Source: an uncultured Acidobacteriota bacterium | GTDB lineage: Bacteria; Acidobacteriota; Vicinamibacteria; Fen-336 | Assembly: GCA_963720545.1 (NCBI GenBank) | Contig: OY970399.1 | Span: forward strand, 2,784,001-2,848,000 | DNA length: 64,000 nt | Direction of reading: 5' to 3' | Made by a program: the position numbers and the translations under genes | Shown here: positions 1 to 11,892 of the stretch, piece after piece | Layout of the letters: the number at the start of each line of letters is the position of its first letter | How positions within the stretch are numbered: position 1 is the first letter of the stretch | The notes under the pieces: model-generated | Seen by the model: only the letters and a program-made list of their open reading frames with translations | What the model was told of the DNA's origin: nothing | Database searches by the model: none

Positions 1-799
1 GCTTGAGCCCGCGCACCGCGCGCCCGTCCCACGTGGCGTCGGGGAAGGCGATGGTGCCGCTGACCGACTCCTCCAGGGGCGCGACGCGCACGCCGCCAGC
101 GGGAATCTCGATCTCGCGGTCGACGAGGATCGCGCCGTCCTGGGCGCGCGCGGCCGAGGCGTTGCCGTCCTGGCGGTTCACCGGCCGGTCGCCGATGCGG
201 AAGCGCAGGTCGGTGCCGGCGGGCGTCGTCACCCGCACCTCCGTCGCGCGCATGGCGGCTTCGAACTTCGCCTGCACCGCCGCGAGCGCCGCGTAGTCGG
301 TCTTGAGCACGGCGTGTTCGTAGAGCGCGTCGATCTTTTCCCGCGGCGGCAGCGAGCCGCCCGGCAGCGGTGTCGCGCTCGGCGCGCTGCCGCCGTCCCA
401 GTGGAAATGGATGGTGCGGCGCGGCCCGCGCGCCTCGGTGAGCAGCTGCTGCAGCGCGGCGTACGGCGGGTGCGCAGGGGTGGCGCCCGGCAGCATGACG
501 CTGGCATCGACGTCGAGGAGCTTTGCCTTCATCTCGGCGAGCGCCGCGTCGTCCTTTGTCGGTGGCGCCGCGGGTGCCGCGCCCACCTTCTCGCAGCCGA
601 GATCCTCGGCACCGGCCGCCGCCAGCGCCTTGCGCAGCGGCCCGACGATGCCGTCGAAGTTGCCGGGCTGGCAGACGAGCAGCACCTTCTCGCCCCGCAG
701 CGGCGCGAGCGCTTTCACGATGCGGTCGGCGAGCGCCCCATAATTGACGTCGAGGTCGAGCGCCATAGCTCCGGCCAGGAACAGTGCGGTCATCGCCAT
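1..799 (-). CDS. Exported aminopeptidase-like protein (M29/aminopeptidase T-like), 3' end runs off the window
   Basis: Not in the ORF track; translated by hand from ATG at 799 (or 793): MAMTALFLAGAMALDLDVNYGALADRIVKALAP...VRVTTPAGTDLRFRIGDRPVNRQDG...EIEIPAGGVRVAPLEESVSGTIAF. The TTPAGTDL and P.GEV..AP-like segments match my recall of M29-type aminopeptidases. Starts 4 nt after the M13 gene stop. Confidence 0.6.
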   Translation of the reverse strand, partial: MAMTALFLAGAMALDLDVNYGALADRIVKALAPLRGEKVLLVCQPGNFDGIVGPLRKALAAAGAEDLGCEKVGAAPAAPPTKDDAALAEMKAKLLDVDASVMLPGATPAHPPYAALQQLLTEARGPRRTIHFHWDGGSAPSATPLPGGSLPPREKIDALYEHAVLKTDYAALAAVQAKFEAAMRATEVRVTTPAGTDLRFRIGDRPVNRQDGNASAARAQDGAILVDREIEIPAGGVRVAPLEESVSGTIAFPDATWDGRAVRGLK

Positions 800-803
800 C
801 GCG

Positions 804-2843
804 CTACCAGACTTCGCACGCCTTTTCGGCGCGTACCATGGGCGCGCCGGCCGGGCAGGAAAATGCCTTCTGGAACTCCTTCAGGTTCGAGAGCGGGCCG
901 ATGACCCGGAACTTGCCGATCGGATGCGGGTCCGACTGCACCATCAGCCGCTGCGTCTCGGGGCGCACCGCGTCGCCGCGGAACTGGCCCCAGGCGATGA
1001 AGAACTGCTGGTCGGTGGTGAAGCCGTCGATCGGCGGCGGCTCCGGCCTGCCGGCAAGCGAGCGGCGCAGCGCGCGGTAGGCAATGCGTGCGCCCGCCAG
1101 GTCGCCGATGCTCTCGCCGAGCACCAGCTTGCCGTCGTGATGGATGCCGGGCTCGATGAAGTAGCCATTGAACTGGTCGACGACGCATTGGCCGCGCGCG
1201 GTGAACTTCTTCAGGTCTTCGTCGCTCCACCAGTTCTGCAAGCGCCCCTGCGCGTCGTACTGCGCGCCCTGGTCGTCGAAGCCGTGGCTGATCTCATGGC
1301 CGATGACGACGCCGATGGCGCCGTAGTTGACCGCGTCCGTGGCCTCGAGGCTGAAGGCCGGCGGCTCGAGGATGCCGGCGGGGAACACGATCTCGTTGAG
1401 CGAGGGGTTGTAGTAGGCGTTCGAGGTCGGCGGCGTCATGCCCCAGGCGCCACGGTCCACCGGCTTGCCGATGGTCGCGAGGTTGTCGGCCACCTGGAAG
1501 TTGCGGCCGGCGACCACATCGCTCCATAAGTCGGCGCGGCTGATGCGCACGCTGCTGTAGTCCTTCCACTTGTCGGGGTAGCCGACTTTTGGATTGAAGG
1601 TGGCCAGCTTCTCCAGCGCCTTGGCCTTGGTCGGCGCGCTCATCCAGTCGAGTTCGCCGATGATGTCGCCCATCGCGAGCAGCAGGTTCTTCACCAGCTC
1701 CTGCATGCGCGCCTTGGCGGCGGGCGGGAAATACTTCTCGACATACTTGCGGCCGAGCGCCTCGCCGAGCAGGTCGTCGTTGGTCTCGACGCAGCGCTTC
1801 CAGCGGGGTTTCATTTCCTTCGAGCCGCCGAGGTACTGCTGGTTGAACTCGTAGTCCGCGGTGACGAAGTTGCTGGAGAGGAACGGCGCCGCCGAGTCGA
1901 GCACGTGCCACTCGAGGTAGGCCTTCCAGGCCGGCAGCGGCGCACCCGCCAGCATCCTGTCGAACTCCTGCATGAACTTTGGTTCGTTCACGTTCAGGTC
2001 GGCGGGCGCCACCTTTGCGCTTGCCAGATAGCCGTTCCAGTCGAATCGCGGCGTCAGCTTCTGCAGCTCGGCCACCGACATCTTGTGGTCGGTCTGCGCC
2101 GGATCGCGCAGCGCGACCTTGTCGAGCGACGCCTCGGCGAGCTGCTTCTCGAACGCGAACACCCGCTCGGCGGCCGCCTGCGCGTCGGCGGCGCTGCGGC
2201 CGGCGAGGGCGAACATGCGCGCGACGTGCGCCTTGTACTTGTCGCGTGCCTCGACGAAGCGGGCATCGGTCTTCACGTAATAGTCGCGGTCGGGCAGGCC
2301 GAGGCCGGAGGCCGCTATCTGTGCGATCACGTTGGTCGGCTCGTGATTGTCGGAGCTGCCGTAGGTGGCGAACGGCGCGGCGATGGTGAGGTCGCGGAGT
2401 CTCGCGATCATCGCCTGCACGCCGGCCTGGTCCTTGACGGCTTCGATGTCGGCGAGCAGCGGTGCTATCGGCTTCGCACCGGCCGCGTTGACGGCGGTTT
2501 CGTCCATGCAGGCGCCGTAGTAGTCGCCGATCAGCTGTTCCGGGCTGCCCGCCGGCCAGTCCTTCTTCGCCGACACCTCGTCGAGGATCACCTTCAACCG
2601 GTCTTTCGCGGTCTCGCCGGCTTCCCAGCGCCGGCTCCAGCGCACCATCGAGGGCGGTATCGGATGGGCTGCCCGCCAGCCGCCGTTCGCGAACTCGAAG
2701 AAGTCGTCGCACGGCTTGACGCTGCGGTCGAGGTCGTTCAGCTCGATGCCGTGGAGCGCGGGGTCGTCTGCAGCCCGCGCCGCGGATGCCGAGAGGGCGA
2801 CGACCGACAAGACGAGCGAGGACAGGAAGGCGGATCGTTGCAT
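804..2843 (-). CDS. M13 family zinc metallopeptidase (neprilysin/endothelin-converting enzyme/PepO-like), secreted
   Basis: 679 aa; signal peptide; PCDDFFEFANGGW, NAYY, GHEISHGFDD (HExxH), GESIGD and DPHP motifs. Confidence 0.95.
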   Translation of the reverse strand: MQRSAFLSSLVLSVVALSASAARAADDPALHGIELNDLDRSVKPCDDFFEFANGGWRAAHPIPPSMVRWSRRWEAGETAKDRLKVILDEVSAKKDWPAGSPEQLIGDYYGACMDETAVNAAGAKPIAPLLADIEAVKDQAGVQAMIARLRDLTIAAPFATYGSSDNHEPTNVIAQIAASGLGLPDRDYYVKTDARFVEARDKYKAHVARMFALAGRSAADAQAAAERVFAFEKQLAEASLDKVALRDPAQTDHKMSVAELQKLTPRFDWNGYLASAKVAPADLNVNEPKFMQEFDRMLAGAPLPAWKAYLEWHVLDSAAPFLSSNFVTADYEFNQQYLGGSKEMKPRWKRCVETNDDLLGEALGRKYVEKYFPPAAKARMQELVKNLLLAMGDIIGELDWMSAPTKAKALEKLATFNPKVGYPDKWKDYSSVRISRADLWSDVVAGRNFQVADNLATIGKPVDRGAWGMTPPTSNAYYNPSLNEIVFPAGILEPPAFSLEATDAVNYGAIGVVIGHEISHGFDDQGAQYDAQGRLQNWWSDEDLKKFTARGQCVVDQFNGYFIEPGIHHDGKLVLGESIGDLAGARIAYRALRRSLAGRPEPPPIDGFTTDQQFFIAWGQFRGDAVRPETQRLMVQSDPHPIGKFRVIGPLSNLKEFQKAFSCPAGAPMVRAEKACEVW

Positions 2844-2909
2844 TCAGACGCTCCTGATAAAACCAGAGAAGGGCAGGCGAGTGTTGCGTAACTCGCCACG
2901 GCCGTCAAT

Positions 2910-4520
2910 TCACCGTGCTGGACCGGCGGAGGGCCGCTGGCTCGAACGGGCGACGATATCGCGCAGGGCGGCAACGAACGCGTCGCTCTGGTCGGCGTGC
3001 ACGTAGTGCCCCGAGTCGCTGAAGACCAGCTGGCGGCGATGGACCGACTCGCTCGCGAGAGCGCGCTGCGCTTCCCACCACAAGTCGGCCCACCCGCGGT
3101 CGTCGGCCGTCTCGCCGCGGCGGCGCGCTCCGGTGAGGACCGTGACCGGCAGCTTCTCGAGGCCCTTTGGCACGCTCACGTTCGGAAACCTGTTCATCTG
3201 GGTGATCTCCGAGCGCATCGTCGCGTTCATCTCAGCGAGCTCCTTGGCGCCCGGCTGGCAGTGCTGCAGCTTGCGGGCGAGGCATCGCCCGGTCACGAAG
3301 CTGCTGCGGGCGTCCTCGAGCACAAGCCCCGCGACCTCTTCGGGGTGATGGCGCGCAAACCATTCGACGTAGATGCCGCCGAGCGAATGGCCGACGAGCA
3401 CGTAGGGCGGCGCCACGCCCGCGCTCTTCAGCAGCGCGCGCAGGTCGCCGACCACCTGCTCCGGCGTGCGCGGCATCGGCCCCGTTGCGCTGCCGCCGTA
3501 ACCCGGCCGGTCGTAGGCAAACACCCGCGCAAACTGCGAGATGCGCTGGAACACCGGCTTCCACGTGCCCATGCCGTTGCCGAAGCCGGCCTCGAGCACC
3601 ACCGTCACCGGGCCGGAGCCATGCACCGCGTAGCGACGCACGGCGCTGCCTTCGCCGGTGAGCGCGGCGCCGGGCAGCACCTGGGCGTTCACCACGCGGT
3701 CGCCCGCTTCGCTGAACGCGGCGCTGAAGCGCTTCGGGTCCTCGAGCATCGGGTAGTGGCCGGAGCCCTTCACGAGCGACACTTCGAAACCCGGCATCGC
3801 CTTGCGGTTTTCCTCGAGGTTGGTCGGGAACTTGTCGGCGTTCACCGCGCGGATCGGCGCCTCGATGTCGCGCAGAGCCGGCAGCGGGTCGTAGGACCAC
3901 GCCGCGCGCAGCATCGCGATCGCGGCTTCGCGGTCGAGCGCGGCGGCCGCTCGCAGCACGCGCTCCTTCACGGCTGGCGGCGTCTTCGGGGCGAACAGGT
4001 AGTTCTCAGCCATCGCTGCCATGGTCTTCTGGTAGTCGGCCCGCAACTCTTTCGTGAAAGCGTCACGCTCCGCCTCCGGCGTCTTCTGGGTGACGTCCAG
4101 GAGCGTGTCCACGAGCACGATGCCGACGAGCGAGCCTTTCATCCGCCGTCCCGCCTCGAGCGCCACCGGTCCGCCCATCGAATGGCCGACGAGCAGCACC
4201 TGGTCGGCGCCGAGATCGTCCACCACCGCCTCGACGTCGGCGCCGAACGCTTCCATCGACCAGTCCTTGCGGTCCCGGCCCGACTTGCCGTGCCCGGCGA
4301 GGTCGATGGTGACGACCCGTTCGAACTGCGCGAGCTCCTTCACCTGGGCGTCCCAGAGGGAGCCGTCCATCGCGTAGCCGTGGATGAACAGCAGCGTCGG
4401 CTCGCCCGCGCCGTAAACGTCGTAATGAATGGCGACGCCGTCCTGCGACTTCACGGTGTGCGCGGTCCCCGCCGGCATCGGCGCCACCACGGCGGCCAGC
4501 AGCAGCAGTTCACTCAGCAT
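2910..4520 (-). CDS. Alpha/beta-fold hydrolase with two tandem hydrolase domains
   Basis: Domain 1: IHGY, DLAGHGKS, GHSMGG, GSGHY. Domain 2: EAGFG, DRPGYGGS, GHSLGG, DSGHY. Hydrophobic N-terminus. Confidence 0.9.
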   Translation of the reverse strand: MLSELLLLAAVVAPMPAGTAHTVKSQDGVAIHYDVYGAGEPTLLFIHGYAMDGSLWDAQVKELAQFERVVTIDLAGHGKSGRDRKDWSMEAFGADVEAVVDDLGADQVLLVGHSMGGPVALEAGRRMKGSLVGIVLVDTLLDVTQKTPEAERDAFTKELRADYQKTMAAMAENYLFAPKTPPAVKERVLRAAAALDREAAIAMLRAAWSYDPLPALRDIEAPIRAVNADKFPTNLEENRKAMPGFEVSLVKGSGHYPMLEDPKRFSAAFSEAGDRVVNAQVLPGAALTGEGSAVRRYAVHGSGPVTVVLEAGFGNGMGTWKPVFQRISQFARVFAYDRPGYGGSATGPMPRTPEQVVGDLRALLKSAGVAPPYVLVGHSLGGIYVEWFARHHPEEVAGLVLEDARSSFVTGRCLARKLQHCQPGAKELAEMNATMRSEITQMNRFPNVSVPKGLEKLPVTVLTGARRRGETADDRGWADLWWEAQRALASESVHRRQLVFSDSGHYVHADQSDAFVAALRDIVARSSQRPSAGPAR

Positions 4521-4578
4521 GTTCCCTCACTCGAATCTGTTCGCGTTGTCGAACGCGGCATGGTACGTCAACCCGCCC

Positions 4579-4995
4579 GTTTTCCCGAGGAGTCCATCGC
4601 TTGCGCTGCGACCACCGAGCGTTTTTCCCGAGGGAGTCATCGCTTGCGCTGCGACCGAGGGACCTCCGTCGCCGACGGTCTAGACAACGTCGACTGCGTC
4701 CGCCCAGGAGAACGGAAAACGGAACGGCCGAAGGAACGGCATCGAGCCTCCGCCACCGGAAATCGGCGGATGGGTCGCGAACGGGAGCCCATCCGATGAC
4801 GTCACTGCGTCCGGACGCAGTTGCGTTACCGATCACCACAATCGCAGTTGACTCGTCGAGACGGTCGGCTGGCGATTCAGGTCACAGCATGTTGCAACGG
4901 GGCTCCCTCGGTCGCAGCGCAAGCGATGACTCCCTCGGGAAAACGCTCGACGGTGGATCCCTCGCGCCAGCGCAAGCGACGGGAGCGCTCAGGAA
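4579..4995. repeat. Composite palindromic intergenic repeat element, copy 1 (REP/REPIN/MITE-like)
   Basis: About 53-bp near-perfect inverted repeat 4616-4668 / 4897-4949; degenerate extra units 4579-4613 and 4951-4995; internal hairpin 4767-4795; perfect palindrome ACTGCGTCCGGACGCAGT 4804-4821. Confidence 0.85.
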
Positions 4996-5001
4996 TTCGG
5001 C

Positions 5002-7878
<2,877 letters not shown>

Positions 7879-7999
7879 TGGCAACCGCTCATTTTACAGC
7901 CGTAGGGCTGCCGGGGCGTGTCCTCACGTTTGGAGAATCTTTGGAGTTCGCAAAGGACGCCAGACCCCGCCGCGACCGATCCTTGCGGTGGAGGTTGAT

Positions 8000-8524
8000 A
8001 TGTACCGTCTTTTCTTGAGTTTGTCGGTTCTGGCCGGCGTCCTGACAGCGGCCGGGCCAACGGCCGCGCTCGCTGCGGGCGACTACGCAACCGTCGAAAA
8101 GCCCGTCCGGCTCGAGATGAGCGCCGGGCCGAACTGGCTCTTCGGCCCTCCCGGCGCCGGCAACTATGGCGCCGGCGTTTCCTACACCCCCCACCCGGTC
8201 GTGTCCGTCGGTCTGACCCTCGACCGGCCGGGCCGTGGCACCACGGTGTTCGCGCACTTCAAGCTGGCGCCGCTCGCGAGTGTCCTGCGCGTCTCGCCCT
8301 ACGCCATCGGCGGCCTGGGCCGGCAGTGGTACGAGGAGCTGGGGCCCGACCTGCGCCCGGTGACGGTCTCGGGCCGCGCCGCCTTCCTCGGCGCCGGCAT
8401 CGATTTCGCCATCACCCGCCGGCTCATCGTCTTCGGCGAAGCGCGCCTCACCGGCCTCGCCAATTCAGGCGGCGACGGCGACCCGGTCGGCGGCGCCAAG
8501 CTTGGCGTTCGTCTTGGTTTCTAG
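8000..8524 (+). CDS. Small outer-membrane beta-barrel protein
   Basis: GGAGG at 7990-7994 before ATG 8000; signal peptide; amphipathic strands ([15 protein letters not shown]); terminal GVRLGF. Confidence 0.75.
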   Translation: MYRLFLSLSVLAGVLTAAGPTAALAAGDYATVEKPVRLEMSAGPNWLFGPPGAGNYGAGVSYTPHPVVSVGLTLDRPGRGTTVFAHFKLAPLASVLRVSPYAIGGLGRQWYEELGPDLRPVTVSGRAAFLGAGIDFAITRRLIVFGEARLTGLANSGGDGDPVGGAKLGVRLGF

Positions 8525-8542
8525 CGAGGAAGCCGTGCGCGG

Positions 8543-9055
8543 TCATTTGAAGTTCTGCACGAACTCCAGTCCATTCTGGTCCTTGCCATGCGCGTCGGCC
8601 GCGCCGTCCAGGTCGATGTCATAGGCGAGCACCGCCCCGGGCAGCGACAGGTCGCCCGCGGAGAGGGTGAACGGCGTGTTCGCCGACGCAAAGAGCACGA
8701 CGCCGCCACCCGCCGCGGCGCTCACCTTGAGCGTCACCGTCGCGGTGCCAACGCGATAGGCCGCGCCGCGCAGCTTCCCCCAGTACTGCCATCCGGTCCA
8801 GCGTGGCGCATCCTTCAATGCCAGAGCGCAGCGCAAATTCCCCGATTCGCACGTGAAGGCGGTGTTGACCGCGTCGAGCTCCCAGCGCGCGCGCGCAGTC
8901 GCTGGCGGCGCCGGCGGCGGCGGCGTGCGCACGCCCTTGATGATGATCCTGGGCCCAGGGCTCAGGAATCGATCGAGGACGCCCACGGCGGCCACCGTTA
9001 TGGCGACGACGACGATCGTCCGGACGGCAATGCGCAGGAACTGGCCAGCGTTCAT
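8543..9055 (-). CDS. Hypothetical membrane-anchored/exported protein
   Basis: ATG 9055 overlaps the upstream stop (ATGA); RBS-like AAAGGAAG; N-terminal hydrophobic helix, Pro-rich linker, beta-rich C-terminus. Confidence 0.6.
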   Translation of the reverse strand: MNAGQFLRIAVRTIVVVAITVAAVGVLDRFLSPGPRIIIKGVRTPPPPAPPATARARWELDAVNTAFTCESGNLRCALALKDAPRWTGWQYWGKLRGAAYRVGTATVTLKVSAAAGGGVVLFASANTPFTLSAGDLSLPGAVLAYDIDLDGAADAHGKDQNGLEFVQNFK

Positions 9056-11818
9056 GGTTGCTTCCTTTCTTTCCCGAGGCGAAGGGCCGTCTGCGAGATG
9101 AGTTGTGCGGCGCGCTGCGCCGAGACGCGGCGGCCGGTGCGCGCCAGGTTGGGCTGCGCTTCCACCGCGGCCTGGTACGCTCCGGACGCATCGCCCTCGC
9201 GGTCGCGGTACTCGGCGACACGCAGGATGAGGGGTGCCGACAGGTAGTCGTCCGTGTGCTGCCGCGCCCATTGCAAGGCGCCGGCTGCGAGTTGCGCGCC
9301 CGCACGGCCCGGGCCGAGCGCGTGCGCGAGTTCCAGGTTGAGGCGCATCAGTTCACCTGCGTCTTCGGGCAGCGCCAGCGCTATGGCGCGCCGGTAGAGT
9401 GCCGCCGCCTCGGTTTGCCGTCCGCCACCGGCGGCGCGCTCGGCATCGACCGCGAGCACCCGCGACTCGAGGCCCGCGCCGCCCAGCGCGCCCAGGTCGG
9501 CGGCGCGCAGCTTCGTAAGCGGCTCGTCGGCGCTGCGGCCGAGGCGCAGCAGCGCCTGCGCCTGCGTGAGCAGCGATTCGGCTCGGTCGGCGAGGGCGCC
9601 GTGTGCTTCGTAATACGCAATCGCGGCGCCGGCCGGCGCGAGCGCTTCGGCGAAGCGCTCGGCGCGGACCAGTGTGGCCGCGAGCTGCGCCTGCGCGCCG
9701 GCCGCGAGCGAACGGTCGCCGGCCGCCGCCGCGGCCGCGAGCTGCGCCTCGAACGCCGCCACCGCCTTTGCGAAATCGCCGCGCGCCGTGCTCACCTGGC
9801 CCAGCAGCTGGCGGGCCATGGCCGCCTCGCGGCGGAAGCCGTTGCCCTCGTAGAACGGCAGCGCGCGTTCGATGCGCGGCTGCGCGTCCGCGGCCTTGCC
9901 CTCCTGGATGTCGAGGCTCGCGAGCGACAACAGCGCGCGCGCCTCGGTGCGGCGGTTCGACATGCGCCCGGCCGAATCGAGGGCGCTCTCGAACAGCCGC
10001 CGTGCCTCGCCGTACTCGCCGCGCTGGAAGGACACGTTGCCGAGGTTGATGAGCCCGCCCGCGAGCAGCGCCGGCATGCCGCGGCCGAGCCGCATGCCGT
10101 CCTCGGCCAGCGTCCGCGCCGCGGCCGTGTCGCCCAGGGTGGCGCGCACGCTGGCGAGGCGCAGCAGCGAGCGCGCCTGCTGGTTGGCGTTGCCCAGTTC
10201 GCGCGCCAGCGCCAGCGAACGCTCGAGCTCGCGCTGCGCATCCTTTGGGCGATCGACGTCGTCATAGAGCGCGCCGCGCCGATAGGCAACCTCGGCGACG
10301 CCCTCGGCGTTGCTCGCCGCCTGGTAGAGAGCTTCGGCGCGCGCGTACGCCTGCATGGCGTGCTCGAGCTCGCGCCTCTTGCCGGCGACCTGGCCCAGGC
10401 CGAGGAACGCGGCGGGCGACTGCGGGTCGAGGACCGAGGCGCGCTCGTAGCTGCGCGCGGCGGCCGCGAGATCGTCGTTCGCCTCATGCGCACGGCCGAC
10501 ATCGACCTGCGCGAACGCCACCTGCGGGTGCAGCGCCGCCAGCTGCCCGTAGCTGGATGCCGCATCGGCGAAGCGGCGCGTGACCATCGCACGGATCGCG
10601 TCGAGAGCCAGCGAGTCTTCGCGCGGCAGCGCGCTCAGGTCGGGAACCAGCTCCTGCACGTGCAGCAGCGAGTCGCGCGCGCGGTCGTCGTCGAGCTCGG
10701 CACGCGCCTCGGCGAGTCGCGCGTGCGCCAGCGGATACGCGTCATGGAGCGCCACCGCCTGCTCGAAGCGTTTCGCGGCGGTCAGGTACGAGCCTTCGCG
10801 CAGCGCGGTGGCGCCGCGCTCGAACCAGCCTTGCGCGTCGGCAGGAATCGCGGCGAGCGGCGCGCGCGGCGCCTGGTGCCTGAATACCAGGAGCGCCGCA
10901 ACCGCGAGCGCGACGCGCTCCGGCGGCCAGTGCCGCCAGGAGCCTGCGGCGCGGCCGGGGCGCCACGCTGCGCCGCCCGGAGATCGAAGCGGAGGTGAGC
11001 GTGCGGTCGAGCTTGCGCAGGTCGCGTTCGAGATCGGCGGCCGACTGGTAACGAGTGCGCGGATCGGTCGCCATCGCCCGCGCCACCACCGCGGCCACAG
11101 CCTCCGGCACCTCGGGGTTCCTCTCGCTGGCGCGCGGCGGTGTGCCGCCGGCGAGGACGTCCGGCCAGGAAACCCCGTGCTGGCCGTACGGGCTCGACGC
11201 GGTGAGCATCTCGAAGAGCATCACGCCGACGCTGTAGACGTCGCTGAGCGCGCTGGGCTCGGCGCCCTCGAAAAGCTCCGGCGCGATGTAGGCGGGCGTG
11301 CCGGCGAGGCGCATGCGCTGCCCCTGTGACGGCGTCAGCTTGCCGTCCGAGAGGGACATCGCGAGGCCGAAGTCGAGGATCTTGGCCTGGCCCGCCGGGG
11401 TCACGATCACGTTCGACGGCTTGAGGTCGCGGTGGATGACTCCCAGCTCGTGGGCGTGCGCGACGGCGCCCGCGAGCTGCGCGCCGAGGCTGGCGGCACG
11501 GTCCACCGTGAGCGGGCCGCGCGACACCAGCGCCTGCAGGGTCTCGCCGGGGACGTACTCCATGATGATGCAGGTGCGCGGTCCGTCGACCACGATGTCG
11601 TGGATCGCGGCTATGTTCGGGTGCTTGAGGTTGGCGGCCGCCTGCGCCTCCTGGAGCGCGCGCACCGCTTTTTCCTCGGAGTCGGCCTTGGCGGAGACGA
11701 AGGTCTTGAGCGCGACCCGGCGGTGCAGGCGGCTGTCATGCGCCAGGTACACCTGGCCCATCCCGCCCTCGCCGAGTTTTTCGATGATTTCGTAAGGACC
11801 GACCCACGAGCCGAGCAT
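9052..11818 (-). CDS. Ser/Thr protein kinase - transmembrane helix - TPR repeats; one frameshift near 10914
   Basis: Kinase motifs GEGGMGQVY, VALK, HRDLKPSN, DFG, GTPAYIAPE in ORF 10742-11818. A shift near 10914 restores LLAALAAGA/VALAVAALLVF (TM) and continues in frame into the TPR ORF 9052-10755. Confidence 0.85.
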
Positions 11819-11892
11819 CGCAGGGAGCGTCGAAGCGTAGCACGCGGGTGTGGCGCGGAGGCGCCCGATGCGCAGCCGATAGAATCGCCGGC

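Noticed and set aside
7885..7999. LexA/SOS box upstream of uvrA
   Set aside because: I could not find a GTTC-N7-GTTC, CTGT-N8-ACAG or GAAC-N4-GTTC match
10905..10925. Programmed ribosomal frameshift or phase variation in the kinase (and in M4, actB, actC)
   Set aside because: No slippery heptamer, homopolymer or long simple repeat at the sites; many similar indels point to sequence error
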